Source: a virus
IMG/VR virus record: IMGVR_UViG_3300045988_045233
Span: 1 to 45,005 of that record
Direction: 5' to 3' (one strand)
DNA length: 45,005 nt
Shown piece after piece: positions 32,103 through 38,725 of the stretch (position 1 is the stretch's first letter; every line of letters begins with the position of its first letter). The notes beneath the pieces were generated by a model that was not told the origin of the DNA, did not search any database, and saw nothing but the letters and a program-made list of their open reading frames with translations. Position numbers and translations under genes: made by a program.

Positions 32103-32595
32103 CCGCATTCAGTCATGGACACCTGACACCAACGAGCCGGAAACGCCGGATTACCGTGCCGTCAAAGCATGGTTTCAGCAGTGCAGAGATCTGGCGGAAC
32201 AGGTCGAGGCCCAAAAACAGAAGATCCAGCGCATCCGGGACACTGCAGAAAAGTGCACCCAGAGCATGAGCGGGATGCCCGCGGGCGGTGGAGCCGGTGA
32301 CAAGGTGGGCTTTGCCGTGGAGAGAATCGACACAGAAGAGCGGAACCTCAAGCAGATGGAGCTGGATCTCTGTGAGCTGCGCACCGAGGCTGCCCGGCGG
32401 GCCTACTGCCTGAGTGGGTCTGCACGTGCTCGTAAACAAGCTGACTGCATCTATGATTATTACGTCCAGAACCTGTGCCAACGCAAAATCGCGGAGAGCG
32501 TGAGTTTTAAAAACGTCAATGCCGTTTCCGTCTATATCCGGGAGGGGATGGAGGCACTTGCTGAAATTTGGGAAAATATCCAAACTGACCAATAA
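32089..32595 (+). CDS. Sigma-70 region-4-like / DUF1492-type transcription regulator (candidate late activator)
   Basis: C-terminal IYDYYVQNLCQRKIAESVSFKNVNAVSVYIREGMEAL HTH pattern. Last early gene before the late region. Confidence 0.55.
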   Translation: MTMIDRIQSWTPDTNEPETPDYRAVKAWFQQCRDLAEQVEAQKQKIQRIRDTAEKCTQSMSGMPAGGGAGDKVGFAVERIDTEERNLKQMELDLCELRTEAARRAYCLSGSARARKQADCIYDYYVQNLCQRKIAESVSFKNVNAVSVYIREGMEALAEIWENIQTDQ

Positions 32596-32799
32596 AACGC
32601 ACATTATTTTGGCACTTGTTTTGTGCCGTTTGAATCGACATTTGTGCTAACTTCCTGTATCATGGCATAAGCGGAACCGCGCAAAGCGGTGCGCCGCTTC
32701 TCAGCAGCTTCCAAAGCGCGGCCCCATACGGATTCTCCTTTCGTTCATGCCGCTTAACGCTTTTTCGCTTTGACACCGTGCTTTGCGGGCTGCTTCTAT

Positions 32800-32866
32800 G
32801 CGATGTAACATTTGGGTGCCCCACCGACCCGGGAGATGGGACGCGGTTCGACTCCGCGACATCGCA
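32800..32866 (+). ncRNA. tRNA-like acceptor/T-arm element with a non-canonical core
   Basis: 7-bp acceptor GCGATGT/ACATCGC, perfect T arm CGCGG-TTCGACT-CCGCG, discriminator A then CCG. The 35-nt core cannot form standard D and anticodon arms. Confidence 0.35.
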
Positions 32867-33046
32867 CCGAACGCCGCAAAGTCTGTAACGCGGCATGTCT
32901 GACGCATGGAGTGATTCACCACCGGTGTGCGGGTGGGTGTGGAATTCCTGAAATCTTGCCCACGCCCTGAAACCTCCGCCCGTGAACAGCAGCACCGGAA
33001 ATCCGAGCGGGCCAGCATGCCCCGCAGGATGTGCGTCAACTCAAGC

Positions 33047-33080
33047 AGCCCCGGCGGCGAACCGCGGGCTGTTTTTATTT
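33047..33080 (+). terminator. Intrinsic terminator
   Basis: Stem AGCCC(CG)GCGG-CGAA-CCGC-GGGCT followed by GTTTTTATTT. Confidence 0.6.
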
Positions 33081-33087
33081 GCTATAT

Positions 33088-33157
33088 GGCCGCCTGAGCG
33101 CAATGTGGAGCGCGGTGCGTGTGTGTAGACACGGCTGGTTCGATTCCAAGGGCGGCT
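33088..33157 (+). ncRNA. Degenerate tRNA-like element (probable tRNA remnant)
   Basis: 7-bp acceptor pairing (GGCCGCC/GGCGGCT), D arm GCGC-AATGTGGA-GCGC and TTCGATT loop are present. However, the T stem has only 3 pairs and the anticodon hairpin (CGTGT-GTGTAG-ACACG) has a 6-nt loop. Confidence 0.3.
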
Positions 33158-33163
33158 TTTTAT

Positions 33164-33239
33164 ACTCCGGCAGCTCAAGTGGTAGAGCAGCGGTCTCCAA
33201 AACCGCAGGTTGCAGGTTCGAGCCCTGCCTGGAGTGCCA
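33164..33239 (+). tRNA. tRNA-Trp (anticodon CCA), CCA-encoded
   Basis: 76-nt cloverleaf: acceptor ACTCCGG/CTGGAGT, D arm GCTC-AAGTGGTA-GAGC, anticodon arm GCGGT-CTCCAAA-ACCGC, T arm GCAGG-TTCGAGC-CCTGC, discriminator G, CCA. Position 8 is C. Confidence 0.85.
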
Positions 33240-33361
33240 GACTTTGCATGACCGGGGGACGGCATGCAGAGAGTAGCGGGGCATCCGGCCGCGAAAGTCC
33301 CAGATGCAGCGGCAACGTCTTACTGTCCGGTAAAAGCAGATAACGGCGTTGCTGCTTATAT

Positions 33362-33497
33362 GCCGTCATAGCTCAACTGGGAGAGCGCCGCCCATTTAAG
33401 GCGGGACAACGCTGGTGACACCACGGGAACATCGCTGCACAGCCAACCACTGCGCACATCCATTCCGTGGGTGCTGGTTCAAATCCAGCTGGCGGCT
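33362..33497 (+). ncRNA. tRNA-Lys(UUU)-like element with A33 and a 68-nt insertion at the variable-arm position
   Basis: Acceptor GCCGTCA/TGGCGGC, D arm GCTC-AACTGGGA-GAGC, anticodon arm CCGCC-CATTTAA-GGCGG, T arm GCTGG-TTCAAAT-CCAGC. Bases 33405-33472 are inserted between the anticodon and T arms. Confidence 0.4.
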
Positions 33498-33508
33498 ACC
33501 GTGATTTT

Positions 33509-33538
33509 TAGCTTGAAATAGCTTGAGGTTTAGCTTGA
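33509..33538 (+). repeat. Three direct TAGCTTGA repeats (starts 33509, 33519, 33531)
   Basis: Exact 8-mers roughly one helical turn apart. The third copy forms the 5' arm of the downstream hairpin. Confidence 0.6.
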
Positions 33539-33560
33539 GCAGTTTCGGGCTTTTTTGTTT
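33533..33560 (+). terminator. Hairpin plus U-tract immediately upstream of the late operon
   Basis: GCTTGA-gcagtt-TCGGGC (6 bp, two G-U pairs) followed by TTTTTTGTTTTATT. The RBS of the next gene starts at about 33566. Confidence 0.45.
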
Positions 33561-33577
33561 TATTGGGAGGTGAGCGC

Positions 33578-34402
33578 ATGGCGTTCGGCGAATCGTACGA
33601 GGAGTTTGTTGAAAAGTTCAAGCCGAAAAAGACCACGGACGACTGCTATACACCGCCCGGCGTGTATGCGGTCATACGGGACTGGGCTTGCAAAGAGTAC
33701 GGCATTGACCCGGCCAAAATCGTGAGGCCATTCTACCCCGGCGGAGATTATGAGCACTACGACTACCCGGAAGGTGCTGTGGTGTTGGATAACCCGCCGT
33801 TTTCCATTCTGTCTAAAATCTGCACGTTTTACCTCGATCGTGGCATTCCGTTCTTCCTGTTCGCTCCATCTTTGACAGCGTTTTCTGGAAGGGCAAATAA
33901 TATGCGGATGAACCATATCGTTTGCGACTGTAGTATCGAGTACGAAAACGGCGCAATTGTCAGAACAAGTTTTGTGACAAGCTACGGCGGGGACATCATA
34001 GCGCAGACCGAGCCTCGCCTGACGAAGCTGGTAAACGATGAGGTGAAACGCCTGCGACGCACCAAAACGGTACAGCTGCCAAAGTATACATACCCAGATC
34101 ATATTGTGACGGCTGCATTGCTTCAACGATACAGCCGTTACGGTGTGAATTTCAAAATTCACAAAAAGGATTGCGCTCCGATTTATGCGCTGGATGCACA
34201 ACGCTCCACGGGAAAAGCTATTTTTGGCGGTGGCCTTCTGCTGTCTGATTGTGCTGCGGCTGAGAGGGATGCGGCTGAGAGGGATGCGGCTGAGAGGGCT
34301 GCGGCTGAGAGGGATGCGGCTGAGAGGGATGCGGCCATAAAATGGGAACTGTCCGCGAGGGAGCGCGCTATTGTAGAGTATTTGAACAGCCATGAAAACT
34401 GA
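33578..34402 (+). CDS. N6-adenine DNA methyltransferase-like protein with a C-terminal AAERD repeat
   Basis: ATG after GGGAGGTGA. DDCYTPP and LDNPPF (motif IV-like) present. First gene of the late operon. Confidence 0.6.
   Translation: MAFGESYEEFVEKFKPKKTTDDCYTPPGVYAVIRDWACKEYGIDPAKIVRPFYPGGDYEHYDYPEGAVVLDNPPFSILSKICTFYLDRGIPFFLFAPSLTAFSGRANNMRMNHIVCDCSIEYENGAIVRTSFVTSYGGDIIAQTEPRLTKLVNDEVKRLRRTKTVQLPKYTYPDHIVTAALLQRYSRYGVNFKIHKKDCAPIYALDAQRSTGKAIFGGGLLLSDCAAAERDAAERDAAERAAAERDAAERDAAIKWELSARERAIVEYLNSHEN
34256..34330 (+). repeat. 15-bp tandem repeat x5 (AAERD pentapeptide repeat)
   Basis: gcggctgagagggat occurs five times in tandem, with one unit carrying a single substitution. Confidence 0.9.
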
Positions 34403-34423
34403 ATATGACATCAAGAATTTAGG

Positions 34424-34891
34424 ATGGTGGTGGCGGTGGGTGCGCATCGGTTGACAGACAAGCAGAAAAAGAAGATCATTGCGGACTATGTGCAGCTGCA
34501 GAACTACACCAAGACCGCCAAGCTCAACGGAGTATCTGACACGACGGTAAAGCGGCTGATTTCAACGGCTCCGTCCGAAATGTTGAAAAAAGTTGAGCAA
34601 AAAAAAGAGCAGAACACACTTGAGATGCTGGACTACATGGACAGCAAGAAAGAGCGCGTTCAGGAGATCATAGACGTTTATCTCGGTGTCCTGACCGACC
34701 CGGAGAAGCTGGAAGGGGCGACCCTGCAGCAGATCACTACGGCGCTGGGCACGCTCATCGATAAATGGACCAAGATGGATGACATCAAACGGGATAGCAC
34801 GGCATCGGCCAAGGCCTTCGACTTTCAGACTCTCGCAGACCTTTTGCAGCATCCGGCCCCTGACCGGAACATCAAGGATTTTGAGACATGA
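34424..34891 (+). CDS. Terminase small subunit (start uncertain)
   Basis: 155 aa with an N-terminal HTH-like KKIIADYVQLQNYTKTAKLNGVSDTTVKRLI. Directly upstream of TerL, overlapping its start. Confidence 0.6.
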   Translation: MVVAVGAHRLTDKQKKKIIADYVQLQNYTKTAKLNGVSDTTVKRLISTAPSEMLKKVEQKKEQNTLEMLDYMDSKKERVQEIIDVYLGVLTDPEKLEGATLQQITTALGTLIDKWTKMDDIKRDSTASAKAFDFQTLADLLQHPAPDRNIKDFET

Positions 34892-36156
34892 ACATTCCTG
34901 CACCCTTCACGAAAAATCAGACCCGCTTTTTCTTTGACTGCTTCGACCACTGGCTCAATGTGGCCGAGGGCGGCAAGCGCGGCGGGAAAAACGTGCTCAT
35001 CACGATGGCCTACTGCGCCATCCTCGAAAAGCATCCCAGCCGCATCCATCTGATTGCAGGGGTATCCACCGCGACGGCGCGGCTAAACATTCTGGACTGC
35101 GACGGCTTCGGCATGAAGAACTATTTCGAGGGCCGCTGCCGGGAGGGCGTGTACCAGAACCGCGACTGCCTGTATGTGCAGACCGCGACCGGCGAAAAGA
35201 TCGTGCTGGTCTCCGGCGGCGGCAAGGCCGGGGACGAAAAGCTCATCAAGGGCAACACCTACGGCACCGCCTATATAACCGAGGTGAACGAGTGCAGTGA
35301 AGCGTTCATTCAGGAAGTGTTCGACCGAACGCTTTCCAGCCCGAACCGCAAGGTGTTCCACGACCTGAACCCGAAGGCGGAGGGTCACTGGTACTATAAA
35401 ACCGTTCTGGATTTCCACGAAGAAAAGCAAAAAGCAGACCCTCACTATGGCCTGAACTACGGTCATTTCACCATTGCGGACAATATGAGCATATCGGACG
35501 ACCAGCTCCGGGCTGTGCTGGCGACGTATGACCGGAAAAGCATCTGGTATGCCCGCGATATCTTGGGCCAGCGCAAGGCCGCCGAGGGACTGATCTACGA
35601 TATGTTCGACCCAAAGGCTAATGTCTACACTGTGCCGCCGGTGGCGATGCGGGCGGTTTCGACCCGAACGATTGCGGTAGACTACGGAACCTTGAACGCA
35701 TGTATTTTCGCAGACACGTATGACGACGGCGAGGTCGTCCGTGTTGACCGGGAATACCGCTGGGATGGCCGCAGGGAGCGCCGCCAGAAGACCGATGAAG
35801 AATATGCCGACGACTTCATGGAGTTTATGGGGAAAGACCCCTGCGCCGCCTATGTGGACCCATCGGCGGCTTCTTTCATTGCGGCGCTGCGGCAGCGCGG
35901 TGTCTATGTGATGGAAGCCAACAACGACGTTCTGAACGGCATCCGCCGGTGCAGCACCCTGATCGCCAAGCGCCGCCTTCTGGTGAATGCGTCCTGCGTG
36001 GGCATTCTGGAAGAGTTCGGGCTTTACCGCTGGGATGACAAAGCGGCACTGCTGGGAGTAGAAAAGCCAGTGAAAGAAAACGATCACGGCATGGATGCCA
36101 TCCGCTATTATATCAACTCACTGCCTGATTGGAGGTTTGAACGTGTCCAGACGTAA
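34888..36156 (+). CDS. terL: Terminase large subunit (PBSX-type)
   Basis: 422 aa with a Walker-A-like GGKRGGKN, ATPase then nuclease pattern (DPSAASFIAAL). Conserved position. Confidence 0.9.
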   Translation: MNIPAPFTKNQTRFFFDCFDHWLNVAEGGKRGGKNVLITMAYCAILEKHPSRIHLIAGVSTATARLNILDCDGFGMKNYFEGRCREGVYQNRDCLYVQTATGEKIVLVSGGGKAGDEKLIKGNTYGTAYITEVNECSEAFIQEVFDRTLSSPNRKVFHDLNPKAEGHWYYKTVLDFHEEKQKADPHYGLNYGHFTIADNMSISDDQLRAVLATYDRKSIWYARDILGQRKAAEGLIYDMFDPKANVYTVPPVAMRAVSTRTIAVDYGTLNACIFADTYDDGEVVRVDREYRWDGRRERRQKTDEEYADDFMEFMGKDPCAAYVDPSAASFIAALRQRGVYVMEANNDVLNGIRRCSTLIAKRRLLVNASCVGILEEFGLYRWDDKAALLGVEKPVKENDHGMDAIRYYINSLPDWRFERVQT

Positions 36157-37567
36157 CAAAAACCGCCCCGCCGGGGGCACAGAGAAACCGATGACGGCCA
36201 CGCTGGACGCATTTTCCAACCCGCTGTTCTCGCTGGGGTACGGCTCCCAAAGCCCGCTGGAAGCAACGGAATACCCCCTGACCCGGATGACGGACAATTA
36301 CGCTCTGCTGAACAGCTTGTACCGCAGCAACTGGGTGGTGCAGAACGTTGTGGGCTTGCTCGTGGACGATATGCTGCGAGAGTGGTACGACCTCAAGAGC
36401 ACCACACCGGAGCAAGGAAAGGCGATCCAGACTGTGGAGCGTTCCACCCGGCTCCGTGACCGTGTGAGCACTGGCTTGAAATGGGGCCGCCTGTACGGCG
36501 GTGCCGCCGGTCTCATCCTCATTGACGGGCAGGAGGACCTTTCCCGCCCGCTGGATACAGAAGCCATTCTCCCTGGCAGTTTCCGGGGATTGTACATCCT
36601 CGACCGCTGGCAGGGAATCAGCCCGGACGCAGGCCTGACCTTTGAGGGCGGGGAGCTTGTCCCGGAGTATTACAGCATCAACGATGCCGCCGGGCACACT
36701 GCCGCCCGTGTCCATCACTCCCGCCTTGTGCGGTTCGTGGGCCGGGAGCTTCCCGATCTGGAACGGCAGGCGGAGCTTTACTGGGGCGAGTCCGAGGTGG
36801 AAGCGCTCTATAATGACGTGGTGGCCCACGACAACGTAAGCGCCAACATGGCCGCATTGACCTTCCAGGCGAACATCAACACGATGGAGGTAAAAGGGCT
36901 GGAGCAGCTGCTCTCCATGTCCAGCCCGGATGTGCAGCGGCGTTTCTGGAACACCATGCAGGCCCAGAAGGTCCTGCGCTCCAGTTTCGGGATGCAACTG
37001 GTGGAGCAAGGAAACAAGATCAGCAACACCCAGTACACCTTTACGGGCCTGTCTGATGTGTACGAGAGCATGTGCCTGAACCTGTGCGGTGCGTCCCACT
37101 ATCCCATGACCAAGCTGTTTGGCCGTTCCCCGGCGGGCATGAACGCCACTGGCGAAAGCGACCTGAAGAACTACTATGACTACGTGGACACCCTGCGGGA
37201 AAGCAAGCTGCGGCCCATTCTGGACAAGCTGCTCCCGGTGGTAGCCCGCAGCGCAGGCATTGAGCAGCTCGACCTTGACGTAACGTTCCCGCCGCTGTGG
37301 ACACCCACCGCCAGCGAGACGGCGACGATCGCCAAGGAAAAGACCGATGTCATCATTGCGGCATTTCAGGCAGGGCTTCTGGATGCAGATGTGGCAATGC
37401 GCGAGCTCAAGAAACTGGAGGACGAGACAGGCCTGTTCGGCTCCCTGACCGACGAATTGATTGCCGCAAAGCAGGGCCAGACCTATCAGGACGTGACCGC
37501 CCTGCGCGACCCGCTGGCAGGGCTGATGACAGAAAAGACGCAGGAAGACACCGAGGAGGGCGAATAA
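36143..37567 (+). CDS. Portal protein (DUF1073-type)
   Basis: GTG after TGGAGG, 474 aa, follows TerL. Typical portal sequence pattern. Confidence 0.85.
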   Translation: MSRRNKNRPAGGTEKPMTATLDAFSNPLFSLGYGSQSPLEATEYPLTRMTDNYALLNSLYRSNWVVQNVVGLLVDDMLREWYDLKSTTPEQGKAIQTVERSTRLRDRVSTGLKWGRLYGGAAGLILIDGQEDLSRPLDTEAILPGSFRGLYILDRWQGISPDAGLTFEGGELVPEYYSINDAAGHTAARVHHSRLVRFVGRELPDLERQAELYWGESEVEALYNDVVAHDNVSANMAALTFQANINTMEVKGLEQLLSMSSPDVQRRFWNTMQAQKVLRSSFGMQLVEQGNKISNTQYTFTGLSDVYESMCLNLCGASHYPMTKLFGRSPAGMNATGESDLKNYYDYVDTLRESKLRPILDKLLPVVARSAGIEQLDLDVTFPPLWTPTASETATIAKEKTDVIIAAFQAGLLDADVAMRELKKLEDETGLFGSLTDELIAAKQGQTYQDVTALRDPLAGLMTEKTQEDTEEGE

Positions 37568-37570
37568 TAC

Positions 37571-38725
37571 ATGCCGACCCTTGCACGTGCATCCCCTGAG
37601 CGGGAGCTGCAACGCCTGATCCGGCTTTATCTCAAGGCTGAGACCGATATCATCAACGAGATCGGCCGCCTGCGCAGCCGGGGGCTTGTGGACTATCACG
37701 CCGTGGCCGCACTGGAACGGGTGCAGGAAATTCTCCGAAAGCTGGAAACGGATGAATGGGAGTATGTGCCCCGCATGGTCGAGGCGCAGTTTTACGTTCA
37801 TCACCCGGAGGCCCGGGCGATTCCCGGCGAGACAGCGGAAAAGCACCTGCGCGGCTACACCAACGCCCAGAGCCTTACCAGCACCCAGACGGATATCGTG
37901 CAGAAGCTCACGATGAACCTCATGGGCCAGCTGGTGGACGGGAACATGACGGTGCTTTCCGCTCTGCAAAGCGCCCTTCTGGGCCGGACTGAGCCAGACG
38001 TTTACCGGCGTATCGGTCTGGAGCAGGTGGCGGCACAGCAGGCTGTGGGAAGGGGCGTGAACCAGAGCGTTCCAGCCTTTGTGGATGCTCTGCGCCGGGA
38101 TGGCGTGACGGCGTTCACAGACAAGGCGGGACGGAATTGGAGTCTGCACACCTATGCAACGATGGTCTCCCGCACCACGTCTCGGCAGGCCGAAATCCTG
38201 TCTGTGGTGACGCAGGACGAGGGGCAGGACTTATATCAGATCAGCTCCCACGGCACAACCTGTGCCCTCTGCGCTCCGTATGAGGGCCGGGTATACAGCA
38301 AGAGCGGTAAAGACCCGCACTTCCCTCCGCTTTCGGATGCGTTCGGCAAAGTAGACCAAGCCGGGCCGGATGACCTGACAAACAGCTGGTTGAACATCCA
38401 CCCGAACTGCCTGCACGCCCTTCGCCCATGGACACCCGCCGGGCGGACGGAGGAAGAGCTGGAACGGATCAGGCGCTTTTCTGACCCCACAACAAATCCT
38501 TACAGCCGAGACCCGCGCACTAAGGCACAGATCGAGGCCTACCGCAAAAAGGAGCAGGGTCGCTCCAAATGGCTGCGAGATTACCGCCAGTGGGAAAATT
38601 ACCGCACGGCTCTGGGAGACAAGGTGCCCAAGACCTTTGAAACCTTCCAGCGGCACAAGCTGGCAGATGACGAAAAATATCACAAATGGATGAACGCATA
38701 CAGAACCGGAGGTGATGCCGATTGA
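37571..38725 (+). CDS. Head morphogenesis protein (Mu F / SPP1 gp7-like)
   Basis: 384 aa. WLNIHPNCLHALRPW motif of the F-like family. Follows the portal gene. Confidence 0.8.
   Translation: MPTLARASPERELQRLIRLYLKAETDIINEIGRLRSRGLVDYHAVAALERVQEILRKLETDEWEYVPRMVEAQFYVHHPEARAIPGETAEKHLRGYTNAQSLTSTQTDIVQKLTMNLMGQLVDGNMTVLSALQSALLGRTEPDVYRRIGLEQVAAQQAVGRGVNQSVPAFVDALRRDGVTAFTDKAGRNWSLHTYATMVSRTTSRQAEILSVVTQDEGQDLYQISSHGTTCALCAPYEGRVYSKSGKDPHFPPLSDAFGKVDQAGPDDLTNSWLNIHPNCLHALRPWTPAGRTEEELERIRRFSDPTTNPYSRDPRTKAQIEAYRKKEQGRSKWLRDYRQWENYRTALGDKVPKTFETFQRHKLADDEKYHKWMNAYRTGGDAD

Noticed and set aside
32640-33080. Phage-encoded tmRNA (one-piece or permuted), suggested by the tmRNA-like T-arm sequence GGGACGCGGTTCGACTCCGCG.
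   Set aside because: The 5' acceptor strand lies only 35 nt upstream of the T arm, leaving no room for a tag ORF or pseudoknots. No complementary 5' strand is found downstream, as a permuted gene would require. The 3' end reads CCG, and the only nearby GCA-TAA reading (…CIMA*) is not tag-like.
33240-33361. A fourth tRNA, or RNase P-like RNA (GAAAGTCCC motif), between tRNA-Trp and the Lys-like element.
   Set aside because: No acceptor/T-arm geometry could be built. The GAAAGTCC match is short and isolated. Only generic hairpins are present (TGCATG...CATGCA at about 33245-33268 and GCAGC..CAACG/CGTTGCTGC at about 33307-33356).
36113-38149. Very long minus-strand ORF (678 aa). Similar long antisense ORFs occur at 364..1137, 2764..3612, 4198..5301, 6224..7420, 7254..8195, 14568..15746, 24111..24926, 26051..27016, 29630..30682, 33560..34447, 35083..36087, 38782..39984, 40512..41348 and 43791..44789.
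   Set aside because: All lie antisense to plus-strand genes that have RBSs, coupled starts and recognisable phage families. Their products are R/G/H/A/P-rich and not protein-like. Stop-poor antisense frames are expected in GC-rich coding DNA.
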